DNA of 64,000 bases. Source: an uncultured Alphaproteobacteria bacterium (GTDB lineage Bacteria > Pseudomonadota > Alphaproteobacteria > RF32 > CAG-239). Numbering within the stretch: the first letter of the stretch is position 1; every line of letters starts with the position of its first letter. A model generated the notes under the pieces. The model was not told the DNA's origin and searched no databases. It worked only from the letters and a program-made list of their open reading frames with translations. The stretch lies in NCBI GenBank assembly GCA_944391395.1, contig CALXTI010000006.1, positions 2,503-66,502 on the forward strand, written 5' to 3'. A program made the position numbers and the translations under genes. Below, in pieces: positions 37,545 through 47,432 of the stretch.

Positions 37545-38504
37545 TTAAATATCTTCAAACAGCGGTCGTCCCTGTGCCATACGAGTCATTTGCGTTTCAA
37601 TCGGCGTTGCCAAGTTTAATTTACCGCTTTTGATAATGCTTCTGACCTGGCATCCTTTAGTGGTATCCGGATTGGCAAACAGAAAACGCAATACCGGCGT
37701 TTTATGACCAACACCACGCAAAGACTGATGCAACACGGCAAGCATGCCGCGGGACAATAAATCATACGCCAGAGATTCGCTCATATCCGCCGATGATGCA
37801 TATTTCACGACCGAATTTATGGCATCCGGAATATTATTGGCGTGAATCGTGGATAAGACAAGGTGGCCGGAAGTCGCGGCACGCAGGCACTCGCTGGCGG
37901 CATCCGGCGTACGGATCTCGCCGACCATAATATAACGCGGTTTGGAACGCAAGGCGGATTTTAAGGATTCGCCCCAGTTATTATTAATCGGTTGTGTTTG
38001 TTTGCATAAACCAAAAGAACCGTTTAACGCGGTATATTCACCGTCAAGCGGCATTTCGGACGGGTCTTCAATCGTATAGGCAAAGCCGCCTTCCCGAACC
38101 AAAAATTCTTTTAACAATGCCGAGATGGATGTTGTTTTACCCGAACCTGTCGCACCGGCCCACAAAATCAGCCCCGAGGCTTTGCATAAGCCGTTAAGAT
38201 ACGTCGCCAATTCTTTGCGATAGCCCAAGGTGCTAAAATCCGGCACAACTTTCGGCATTTTACGAATACAGTATTGAACGCCGGTGATGGTCATGGTTCT
38301 TTCTACACGGAAAAACACATTTTCATATAATACCGAATAACTGGAATTTCCTTCATACGAATCTTCCACCAATTTATAAAATTCCTCAAAATCGGAGGCC
38401 ACAAATATCTGCAATCCGTTTTCCGTTAAATCATCTGGGATGTATGCCACTTTTTCCGGTGTGATGTAAATATCCGAGAAAAATATATCATTGATTTTGA
38501 CCAT
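37545..38504 (-). CDS. pilT: PilT/PilU-family pilus retraction ATPase
   Basis: Walker A is GATGSGKTTSISALL. It is 319 aa with a PilT-type core. Confidence 0.85.
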   Translation of the reverse strand: MVKINDIFFSDIYITPEKVAYIPDDLTENGLQIFVASDFEEFYKLVEDSYEGNSSYSVLYENVFFRVERTMTITGVQYCIRKMPKVVPDFSTLGYRKELATYLNGLCKASGLILWAGATGSGKTTSISALLKEFLVREGGFAYTIEDPSEMPLDGEYTALNGSFGLCKQTQPINNNWGESLKSALRSKPRYIMVGEIRTPDAASECLRAATSGHLVLSTIHANNIPDAINSVVKYASSADMSESLAYDLLSRGMLAVLHQSLRGVGHKTPVLRFLFANPDTTKGCQVRSIIKSGKLNLATPIETQMTRMAQGRPLFEDI

Positions 38505-38586
38505 CTTTTGCCGTCCTCACGTTTATTTTTTAATTTAATTTTATTATTACAAAATTATTTAAGCAAAATCAAGTTACGGAAATATT

Positions 38587-38614
38587 AAAAAATCCGGAAA
38601 ATTCCGGATTTTTT
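38587..38614. terminator. Hairpin terminator downstream of trxA (-). It is near-identical to the element at 37502-37530.
   Basis: The hairpin is A6-tccgga-aaat-tccgga-T6. Confidence 0.55.
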
Positions 38615-38637
38615 AATATTTAAACGTTCATAATCGC

Positions 38638-38952
38638 TTATTTGTGGGAATTAAGCCATGAAACAATGGCTGCCTGAGAATTGAAACCCACCTTGACATC
38701 TACTTGTTTGCCGTCTTTGAACAAAAACATGGTCGGGATGCTGCGTATTCCGTATTGAGCCGCCGTATTGGGAGATTCATCCACATTCATTTTGCAAATT
38801 TTCACACCATCGCCCATTTCTTTGGAAACTTCTTCCAACACCGGGCCAAGTTGGCGGCACGGCCCACACCATTCCGCCCAAAAATCCACCAAAACCAAGC
38901 CTTTGGAATTTAACACTTCGCTTTGAAACTGACTGTCATTAATAGAAAGCAT
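38638..38952 (-). CDS. trxA: Thioredoxin
   Basis: The WAEWCGPCRQL active site is present. It is 104 aa. Confidence 0.9.
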   Translation of the reverse strand: MLSINDSQFQSEVLNSKGLVLVDFWAEWCGPCRQLGPVLEEVSKEMGDGVKICKMNVDESPNTAAQYGIRSIPTMFLFKDGKQVDVKVGFNSQAAIVSWLNSHK

Positions 38953-39053
38953 GCTCTTTTCCTTTCAAAAATTATTCTTTATTCTTTATATAAAATATAT
39001 AATGTTTCTGTCTTTTATATTAAAGACAAATATTCTAAAAACAACCTTAATTT

Positions 39054-42000
39054 TTAAGAAATTTGCATTAAATTTGCCGAGTTCGTCCACAAAATGAACG
39101 TTTCCACCGGAAGACCGGGATAAATTTTTTCAATCAATTGTTTATAAACGGCTAATTGTTTTTTGTACACCGGCGGCACGTCTTTGATTTCTTCCGCCGG
39201 CGGGCAGTTGGTCTTGAAATCGACAATCATGATTTTGTCTTCAGTGATTATCAGTCGGTCAATCTGCGCCGAAATTATCCGGCCGTCAACCTCACCCATC
39301 ACCGGAACTTCCGCTTGCGAACCGGCGCCGAAAATAAATTTAAACCTATTGTCTGCGAACAAACGCAAGATTTCTTTCTTGATGCGGCAGCAAAATTCCG
39401 GCGGCATATCCGCAGCATTCTTTTGTAAAAAAGTTTCGATTAAGTTGTCTTTTGCCGCTATATCGGCTTGCGGCGGTAAAAATTGCAGCAAACGGTGCAT
39501 CAACAAACCGCGGCGGTAATATTTTCCGTTGTCGGCAAGCGGCGAAACAGCCGGTAAATCAGCATCTTCATCTTCCGGATGCGAGGGAGTATACGGTCTG
39601 GATAGAGGTGTTTCCACGACGGCAGGCAGCCACAACCAATCGGCTGGCGGTGTGTTTTCCATGTTAAACTTTTGTGTTTTTTCTTCTTTATCCGCCTCAC
39701 CGCTTTGCTGACAGGAATATGCCAAAGCGCCGTCTTCCGCCGGCATACCGATTTGTTCCAACGCCGTGCGGCATAATGTATACCATGAACGGGAATCTGC
39801 ATCTTTGGCACCTTTATAGCCACAGATGTACAAACAATCTTCAGCCCGGGTTAAGGCGACATAAAGCAAACGGCGGTATTCATCAAAAGCCTTAGTTTTG
39901 TTTTGTTCATGCAAAGTATTGCACGTATCGTCATAACCACCGGCCGATAACGGATAATATGCCATGTCGTTTTTATCCAGCAGCAAACCGGCACCGCGTT
40001 TGACATTCGCCACGCGCACGGTATCCGGCAGAAAAACTATCGGCGCCTGCAAACCTTTGGAACCATGAACCGTCATAATCCGCACCGCGTCGTCTTCCGA
40101 TTGTTCCAATTCACGCTTAACTTCTATATCATCGGCGCTTATCCATGAAATAAAAGTCTGCAAATCGGGAATATGCTCTTCTTCAAACCGCAATGTTAAA
40201 TTAATGAACTCATCCAAAGCATCTTCAGCTTCTTCCCCAAGGCGGGCAATAAATTTTTTGCGACCGCCCAAAGTGGTCAAAATTTCATTATAAAGCTCGA
40301 ACGGACGAGCATAATCGGCTTTGTTCAACAGCTCAGAAAGCGTTGCCGCCGCTTGTTGATACGCGGCATCAGTATTGAGGCGGCTCCATAAAGAAACACC
40401 GTCGCGATTATAACATAGTTTAAACAAATCATCATCAGTCAAATCAAACAACGGTGATTTCAAGACTTCGGCCAAGCTTAAATCATCTTGCGGCAACAAA
40501 AGAAAACGCCCGAGAGAGAGCAAATCTTCCACCGCAATTTGCTGCAAAAGTTTTAACTTATCCACGCCGGTAACGGCGACACCCGCTTTTTTACACTCCC
40601 GCACAAACTCTTCCAAAAAAGCATTGCGACGCTGCACCAAAACCATAAAATCGCCATACCGCAGCGGACGCCCTTTGGATTCTAACATCTCACCATCTTT
40701 TACCATCCGGGAAATTTTTCGGGCGATTTGAGCGGCCAACTTGGCGCTGGCGGAAATTTTGCCGCGGCGTTCCACCGGCGGATACCACGAATCGTCGCTT
40801 TCTTCTTCTCCTTCGGTCAAGGGCCAGATTTCCACCCGGCCGGCAGCCCCCAAACGGTACGGGATATGCTCCACTTTTTCTTCACCGATGACCACCCCGG
40901 ACATTGCTTCCGGACAAGCGAACAAGTCATTGACCGTTTCCAACACCGCACGGGTGGAACGGAAAGAAACATCCAAACGCACTTTGGCAAAATCCGGCGC
41001 CGTATCGGCAAAATAGCGGTGCATACGGTCAAATTCTTCAGGATCGGCGCCCTGAAAACTATAAATAGACTGTTTGCGGTCGCCGACGGCAAAAACCGTT
41101 CGTTTTTCATCTTTCTGACCGCGGCCGGCAAAAAATTCGCCGGTAACGGCTTTGACAATCGCCCACTGTCCGGGAGATGTGTCTTGCGCTTCGTCAATCA
41201 ACACATGGCTGATGCCGCCGTCCAATTTGAACAGCACCCATTCCGCGACACCATCACTTTCCAGCAATCGCCGCGTCAATACAATCAAATCTTCATAATC
41301 AAGGCGGGCGTACCTTTGTTTATAGGCTTTATAATCCAAAGCCAGTTTTTCTGCCACGGTTATCACCGCTGCCGTTGATGCAAACAAACGAATCCGCCGC
41401 AAGTGATTGTCAAAAGCGGAAATATCCTGGGCCAAACGCTGCATTTCCGTTATAATTTCCGGATAAGCTTTAACCGCCGCTTTGCAGGCCAGGTTATCAT
41501 AAATTTTACCGTCTTTGTTATAAAAAACGCTTTTGTATTTGGCAAAATCAGCATTTTGCATGGCTTCGGTCAGTTTCGCGCTTTTTTCTTTATCGGTTTT
41601 TCCGCTTTGCGCCAATGCGGCGGCAATCTTTTTTAACAACGCCATATCCAAACCGGAAAAAAATTCAGCTTGTGCTTCTTCTTCCGTTTCGTCTTGCTTG
41701 AGGTTTAAACGGCGGCGCAATTCGTTTAAGAACGATGTCAAATCGGGATAATGCGCCAACATATCGATTAATTTGTTACGATTATCCGCCAAAGTTTTTA
41801 ACAATTCCGGAAATTTGAATTCACGAACGTTGCGTGTCAGATAGGCAATCGCCTGCCCGATTTTTGTTTCGGGGGCTTGCTCCACCTGTGCTATCAGGTT
41901 GTTGCAGATGTTATCTAAAGCTTCGGCCGTCATGCGGTCGTCCATCACCGAAAAATACGGCGAGATACCGGCCTCCAGCGGAAAACGTTTCAAAATTTCC

Positions 42001-42428
42001 TGGCAAAAACTGTGTATGGTCTGGATTTTCATGCCGCCGGGGATATCCAGCAAAACGGCAAACAATGTGCGAGCGCGGGCGGACAAAACGGCATACTTTT
42101 CAGAATCGGAGCAATCGTCCGATAAATTTTCCAGCTCTTCTTTTAATTTATCATCGGAAACAACCGCCCATTTTGCCAAGCGGGCAGAAATACGGGCGTT
42201 CATTTCCACGGCGGCGGCTTTGGTATAGGTCAGGCACAAAATCCTTTCCGGACTGACGCCGTTTAACAACAAGCGCAACACTCTGTCGGACAAAACCTTG
42301 GTTTTGCCGGTGCCGGCGGAGGCTTCCACCCATACCGAAAATTCGGGATTTGCAGCCTCGCCCTGTTGCCGACGGGCAATTTGTTTTAGCTTATCCTGTT
42401 CTTGTTTTATTTTCGGATTTTCTGCCAT
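39054..42428 (-). CDS. addA: Double-strand break repair helicase-nuclease AddA
   Basis: It has a UvrD-like helicase N-terminus with Walker A (AGTGKT) and a C-terminal PD-(D/E)XK nuclease domain. It is 1124 aa and sits in the addB-addA-trxA synteny. Confidence 0.85.
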   Translation of the reverse strand: MAENPKIKQEQDKLKQIARRQQGEAANPEFSVWVEASAGTGKTKVLSDRVLRLLLNGVSPERILCLTYTKAAAVEMNARISARLAKWAVVSDDKLKEELENLSDDCSDSEKYAVLSARARTLFAVLLDIPGGMKIQTIHSFCQEILKRFPLEAGISPYFSVMDDRMTAEALDNICNNLIAQVEQAPETKIGQAIAYLTRNVREFKFPELLKTLADNRNKLIDMLAHYPDLTSFLNELRRRLNLKQDETEEEAQAEFFSGLDMALLKKIAAALAQSGKTDKEKSAKLTEAMQNADFAKYKSVFYNKDGKIYDNLACKAAVKAYPEIITEMQRLAQDISAFDNHLRRIRLFASTAAVITVAEKLALDYKAYKQRYARLDYEDLIVLTRRLLESDGVAEWVLFKLDGGISHVLIDEAQDTSPGQWAIVKAVTGEFFAGRGQKDEKRTVFAVGDRKQSIYSFQGADPEEFDRMHRYFADTAPDFAKVRLDVSFRSTRAVLETVNDLFACPEAMSGVVIGEEKVEHIPYRLGAAGRVEIWPLTEGEEESDDSWYPPVERRGKISASAKLAAQIARKISRMVKDGEMLESKGRPLRYGDFMVLVQRRNAFLEEFVRECKKAGVAVTGVDKLKLLQQIAVEDLLSLGRFLLLPQDDLSLAEVLKSPLFDLTDDDLFKLCYNRDGVSLWSRLNTDAAYQQAAATLSELLNKADYARPFELYNEILTTLGGRKKFIARLGEEAEDALDEFINLTLRFEEEHIPDLQTFISWISADDIEVKRELEQSEDDAVRIMTVHGSKGLQAPIVFLPDTVRVANVKRGAGLLLDKNDMAYYPLSAGGYDDTCNTLHEQNKTKAFDEYRRLLYVALTRAEDCLYICGYKGAKDADSRSWYTLCRTALEQIGMPAEDGALAYSCQQSGEADKEEKTQKFNMENTPPADWLWLPAVVETPLSRPYTPSHPEDEDADLPAVSPLADNGKYYRRGLLMHRLLQFLPPQADIAAKDNLIETFLQKNAADMPPEFCCRIKKEILRLFADNRFKFIFGAGSQAEVPVMGEVDGRIISAQIDRLIITEDKIMIVDFKTNCPPAEEIKDVPPVYKKQLAVYKQLIEKIYPGLPVETFILWTNSANLMQIS

Positions 42429-42433
42429 GGCGT

Positions 42434-45376
42434 CTATTCCTCTCCATCCTCATCTTCACGTACGGACCATTCCTTAACTCTTGCTAAATGTTCATAATCG
42501 GAATATTTCGGCAAATGTTTCGGGTTTGGACGCGCCAAATAAGGCGTGGTATCAAAATCAAAAGCATGAATGAGTTTTTTTAACTTTTCTTCGGTATCTG
42601 CCAGCAATTTTCCGTTTTCAAGCGGAACTTCAACACCTTTGACACCCAACTGCCAATATAATAATTTCTCAACTTCCGCCGGCGGCAGTTTTTTTCCTTC
42701 TTTATCGCAAAACCCGCCGTTTTGGGCAATCAGCCCTTCTATCGGCAGCTGCGGCGCATAACCGGCTTTGACTTCTTTGGGTTTGCGCGGTTCGCCGGTT
42801 TTATAATCAATAATATTTACCATACCTTCAGAAGTAACATCTATTCTGTCGGCACGAGCCTCAACCGTAAACTTTCCGGCGGGAGCATCCCATTCCATTT
42901 GTCCGCGCACTTCACTAAAAACCTGCGCCACATGCGGACGATATTCACTTTCGGTTTGCAGCAGCCATTCCGCCGTTTTTTCAAACTTCGGCCACCAGAA
43001 GGCTTTAACCTCCGGTGCAATATCACTGTTTCGGAACTCCGCCGAACCAATAGAAAGCAGTTCATCTTTGGCGTTTATCGGCAGTTGGCACGGATAGCGC
43101 CGGTTAAAAATTTCCAAGACACGATGCACGATATTTCCATAATCACTGGGCGACAATTTCATATCCAACTCGTTCAACGGTTTTAAATGCAAAATTTTGG
43201 AAGCATATATTTCATACGGGTCACGCATAAGAGTTTCTATCGTGCTGGCCGACAAGCAACGCGGGCGCGCGCTTACGGGCGGACACGGCGCCGGCGCCTC
43301 TATGGCAACATATTTTTCCGGACGGTATAATTGAGATGCTAAATGCAAATATGCGGTGCTCTCCAATAAACCAAGCGGAAAACCGCAAGCCGTCCAGACG
43401 GTTTCCAAACGCAAAAGCCAACGTGATTTGTTCATCGGCGTGCCGTTGACACGGGCAGCGCGGGTTAAATAGACTTCCGGCGCGCACAAAAGTTGGCTGA
43501 AATCCGCCGCCATAATGCCGACCGAGGTTTCCGGCAAAGACATGCCGAGATCTTTTTTCATCGGGCGGGAAAGCCACGGGTCTCCGCTTGAAAGCGCCGG
43601 CCAGACGCCCTCGTTGACCTCGCCGACAATAACTCTGTCATAATGATTGAAACGTGCCTCAATCGGACCCAAAATTTTAAGACGCGGATGCGTACCGTAT
43701 CCGGCTCGGACGGTTTGACCGGACATCAAAACCGTTAATAAAGCGGCATATTGCGCCGGTTCAATTTTGCCCAATGTTTCGGCTTGAGGTAAAAGCCGGT
43801 TGAAAAAAGCCGATGCCGCGCGGCCGTCATCACCGCTCCATAACATTTTTTCAGTCGTTTGTTTTGCGTCGGAAGATAAATCCAAAACCGTCGCCAGTTT
43901 TTCAGCCACGGTTAGATGCGTCTGCAACATTTTTGCAAAATCAACTTCCGGTTCGGCATACAAAACTTGTAACGGCGCAACCGTTTGTTGTATTTGGCGC
44001 AGACAATTTTGTAATTGTTCGGGGATTTCACGGTGTATGCCGGAATAAAGCGGGCGACGTTTAGCAAGCTCCCATTCTCTGATTTTGCGGCGCAGGTCGT
44101 TTTTATCCATTCCTAACCGGGTAAATGGATTTTTTGCCAATGACAACCAAGCGGCATCCAAAGTATTGTTTTCAACGGCAAACGGTATCAGCCGCAAAAA
44201 AATTCCGGTTGGCGACAGGTGCAACGGGCGGCCGGCCGAATCGTCTATTTTAATATTCCAACGTTCCAATTCCGAGGCAACACGGCGCGCCAGCTCTCTG
44301 TCCGCAGTTACCAATGCGGCGGTTTTTTCCGGCGTGTTTAACGTATCTCGCAGCATCACAGCGATGACTGCCGCTTCTTCGCGCATATCTTCGCAGTTAA
44401 CTGTTTTTAAGCCCGCAATGGATTTGGGCGAAAGCCGAGTGTTTTGCAGGTTTCGCCATTCGGAAGTTGCCGGCGCCGGACACATGACTTCCGACACGAA
44501 ATGTTCCCGCGACGGATTTGGCGACGGCAGAACATCCGGCACATCTTCTCGGGCGATTTGCAAAAATTCCAACAGTTTTTTTTGCGCATAACACGGGTGG
44601 CTTTCATCAATTTGCTCCCAATTATCCGAAGACAAATATTTATCTACGCCGTAAAGATAGACCTCACCGTTTTCAAGTTGTAAAATCGTTTTCAACAATC
44701 GGCGATATGCCGGAAAATCCGCGGTGATTCCGGCGGCGACAATCTTACCGCGCGGCGGATTTTTTTGCCAGATTTCTGCCTGCGCCGCCAATAAAATATT
44801 TTTTCTTTGCGCCGAATCCGCCGCCTGTCTTTCTGCCAAAATCTGCGGCCAATAATCGGTGATGATTTGTAAAAAACGTAATGTTTCCTGCCAATGAGCA
44901 GCATATTGTTCCGGCACCAAATCTTTTAATTTGGCAAAAGAAATTTGTTCGTTATAAGATATATCTATCAGTTTGGCCAAATCCGAAGCTAACGAAACCG
45001 CCTGACTAATGGTCATTTCCGGCAAACCGTATTCGGCCGGTTTGGACACAATCAAACGGGCGAAAATAAACAGCCGTTCAAAATCGTCAATCGCGGCAGG
45101 CAAGCCGTGTATCAATTCCGGCGCACCAACGGAACATAAGCTGATTTCATCTTCCTCCAACTCGCCAATCGGTAAAATCTTCGGCAACAATGTCGGTTTC
45201 AAACCGTTGCAACGCACAAAAGCATCTTGCAACGATAAGCAGGCACGGCGATTGGGCAGCAAAAACACCACGTCGGCCAACAAAGCCGGATTTTTTTCAT
45301 ACAGGCGGCTAAATTTTTCAGCCAGCACATCCGTAAAAGAACAACTTTGCGGAATATTGAAAATTTTTCCGGCCAT
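42434..45376 (-). CDS. addB: Double-strand break repair protein AddB
   Basis: It is 980 aa, lies immediately upstream of addA, and has a C-terminal nuclease-like region. Confidence 0.75.
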   Translation of the reverse strand: MAGKIFNIPQSCSFTDVLAEKFSRLYEKNPALLADVVFLLPNRRACLSLQDAFVRCNGLKPTLLPKILPIGELEEDEISLCSVGAPELIHGLPAAIDDFERLFIFARLIVSKPAEYGLPEMTISQAVSLASDLAKLIDISYNEQISFAKLKDLVPEQYAAHWQETLRFLQIITDYWPQILAERQAADSAQRKNILLAAQAEIWQKNPPRGKIVAAGITADFPAYRRLLKTILQLENGEVYLYGVDKYLSSDNWEQIDESHPCYAQKKLLEFLQIAREDVPDVLPSPNPSREHFVSEVMCPAPATSEWRNLQNTRLSPKSIAGLKTVNCEDMREEAAVIAVMLRDTLNTPEKTAALVTADRELARRVASELERWNIKIDDSAGRPLHLSPTGIFLRLIPFAVENNTLDAAWLSLAKNPFTRLGMDKNDLRRKIREWELAKRRPLYSGIHREIPEQLQNCLRQIQQTVAPLQVLYAEPEVDFAKMLQTHLTVAEKLATVLDLSSDAKQTTEKMLWSGDDGRAASAFFNRLLPQAETLGKIEPAQYAALLTVLMSGQTVRAGYGTHPRLKILGPIEARFNHYDRVIVGEVNEGVWPALSSGDPWLSRPMKKDLGMSLPETSVGIMAADFSQLLCAPEVYLTRAARVNGTPMNKSRWLLRLETVWTACGFPLGLLESTAYLHLASQLYRPEKYVAIEAPAPCPPVSARPRCLSASTIETLMRDPYEIYASKILHLKPLNELDMKLSPSDYGNIVHRVLEIFNRRYPCQLPINAKDELLSIGSAEFRNSDIAPEVKAFWWPKFEKTAEWLLQTESEYRPHVAQVFSEVRGQMEWDAPAGKFTVEARADRIDVTSEGMVNIIDYKTGEPRKPKEVKAGYAPQLPIEGLIAQNGGFCDKEGKKLPPAEVEKLLYWQLGVKGVEVPLENGKLLADTEEKLKKLIHAFDFDTTPYLARPNPKHLPKYSDYEHLARVKEWSVREDEDGEE

Positions 45377-45389
45377 GGCAAATTTCCCG

Positions 45390-45977
45390 TTATTTTAAAT
45401 CGTGAAGAAAAGAAACAAATTTTTGTAAAGCTCGACCACGATGCGAAATTTTATTTTTAACACCAACGCCTAATTCGGCAAAAGTTTCTTCATACCCGTC
45501 CGGCACGAACAACGGATCAAAGCCAAAACCGCCGGAGCCCTGTTTTTGCATGGCTATTTTGCCGTCAACCCGACCTTCAAAACTTTGATACGAGCCATCG
45601 GGATGTCCTAAAACCAACACGCAGGCAAAATAAGCCGAACGGTCGGGATTGCCGCATTCTTTCAATTCCGCCAAAAGTTTATCCATGGCTTTATCAAAAT
45701 CGCGGTTCGGTGCATAGCGGGCGGAATAAACTCCGGGACGACCGTTCAAAGCATTGACGCATAAACCGGAATCGTCGGCAAGGCAGGATTTTCCCGTTAA
45801 TTTGGCTATGGTTAGAGCCTTTAGGGCGGCGTTTTCTTCAAACGTGGCGCCGGTTTCTTCGACCTCCGGCAAATCAATATCATCGGCGGACAACACCTTT
45901 ATGTTAAAAGGCGTCAGCATTTGTTTGATTTCCGCAATTTTACCGCGGTTGTGGCTGGCAAATATCAATTCTTCCAT
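45390..45977 (-). CDS. rdgB: dITP/XTP pyrophosphatase (RdgB/HAM1)
   Basis: The HAM1 family N-terminus FASHNRGKIAEIKQML and a conserved C-terminus are present. Confidence 0.85.
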   Translation of the reverse strand: MEELIFASHNRGKIAEIKQMLTPFNIKVLSADDIDLPEVEETGATFEENAALKALTIAKLTGKSCLADDSGLCVNALNGRPGVYSARYAPNRDFDKAMDKLLAELKECGNPDRSAYFACVLVLGHPDGSYQSFEGRVDGKIAMQKQGSGGFGFDPLFVPDGYEETFAELGVGVKNKISHRGRALQKFVSFLHDLK

Positions 45978-45987
45978 TTTCGAATCC

Positions 45988-46698
45988 TTATAAACCCAGT
46001 GCTTTTTTCTGTAATTTTATCAATTCGGCAACGCCGTTTTTAGCCAAATTAAAAAGTTTACCGAATTGTTCTTCGGAAAAGGGCTCGCCTTCAGCGGTAC
46101 CCTGAATTTCAACAATTTTTCCGCTTTCGGTCAAAACAAAATTGGTGTCGGCACGCGCTGAAGAATCTTCCTCATAGTCCAAATCCAACATACATTCTTC
46201 ACCTTCCAAACCGCAGGATACCGCCGCCACAAATTCGCGAATCGGATTGCCCGGGATTTTTCCTTCCGTCGCAAGTTTTTGCAGCGCCCGATACAACGCC
46301 ACAAAAGAACCGGTTACAGACGCCGTGCGTGTTCCGCCGTCGGCTTGCAAAACATCACAATCTATCTGGATTAAAAAACCCGGCAACAAATTCAAATCCG
46401 TTACCGCTCTTAAAGAACGACCGATTAAACGCTGAATTTCATGCGTGCGGCCGGACGGGCCACGTGTTTCGCGGGCAACTCTGGTTTTGGTAGAGCGCGG
46501 TAAAAGAGCATATTCGGCCGTTATCCAGCCTTTGTTCTGACCATTGAGCCACGCCGGTAGTTTGTCATCAACCGATGCCGTGCATAAAACATGCGTATTG
46601 CCACATTTTATCAAGCATGAGCCTTCGGCATACGGATTGATGTCCGGAACAATTTCTATTGGCCGCAAACTTTCTTTCGGCCGCCCATTATGACGCAT
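45988..46698 (-). CDS. rph: Ribonuclease PH
   Basis: It is 236 aa. The protein reads as RNase PH (EGSCLIKCGNTHVLCTA...ADGGTRTASVTG). Confidence 0.9.
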   Translation of the reverse strand: MRHNGRPKESLRPIEIVPDINPYAEGSCLIKCGNTHVLCTASVDDKLPAWLNGQNKGWITAEYALLPRSTKTRVARETRGPSGRTHEIQRLIGRSLRAVTDLNLLPGFLIQIDCDVLQADGGTRTASVTGSFVALYRALQKLATEGKIPGNPIREFVAAVSCGLEGEECMLDLDYEEDSSARADTNFVLTESGKIVEIQGTAEGEPFSEEQFGKLFNLAKNGVAELIKLQKKALGL

Positions 46699-47263
46699 TT
46701 TTGTTCTCCGTATGATAAAAATTTTCTATGGCGCGCATGACTCTTGCCACCGTATTGTCCACTTTTTCATCCTTGGTTTCCACCACGATATCCGCCGTGG
46801 AATAATACGGATATTCTTCCTTGATATAATTCTCAAGTTTTTCTTTCAAGCGCGAATCGGCACCCATTAAGAAAGGACGATGTTTACGGCCGGCGGTGCG
46901 GTTATAAAGCGTGTCAATGTCAGCTTTAAGCCAAATGGTCAACGCATGGAGCTTGGCCATTTCGCGCGTTTGTTCGGCGACAAAAGAGCCGCCGCCCGAT
47001 GCCAACACGCAAGGCTCACCTTGTAACAAGCGTTTCATTACCCGCATTTCGCCGGCGCGGTATTCTTCCGGACCAAAACACTTTAAAACATCTATCAACG
47101 ACAAGCCTGCGGCTTTTTCAATTTCTTGGTCGCCATCAACAAAAGGCAAATTAAGCCTTTGCGCCAACCTTTTGCCGACGCTGGTCTTACCGCTGCCCAT
47201 CAAGCCGACCAGAAGGATTATTTTATTTATATTTTTTATCATTCTTCTTAACACTTCTTTCAA
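46688..47263 (-). CDS. aroK: Shikimate kinase
   Basis: The P-loop GLMGSGKTSVGKRLA and the FVDGDQEIE motif are present. Confidence 0.8.
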   Translation of the reverse strand: MKEVLRRMIKNINKIILLVGLMGSGKTSVGKRLAQRLNLPFVDGDQEIEKAAGLSLIDVLKCFGPEEYRAGEMRVMKRLLQGEPCVLASGGGSFVAEQTREMAKLHALTIWLKADIDTLYNRTAGRKHRPFLMGADSRLKEKLENYIKEEYPYYSTADIVVETKDEKVDNTVARVMRAIENFYHTENKNAS

Positions 47264-47432
47264 AATTATTATGCTAAATAATATAAATGTTATCCGGATT
47301 TATCAACATTTTTTATAAGGTATTTTACCATGAGGCAAAAAAATTATAAATGGGTCTACTATCTTGTGATTATCGCCGTGCTGGGCGGTGTGTTTTATAT
47401 CGCCGCCAAAGACATTACGCCGATAAAACATC

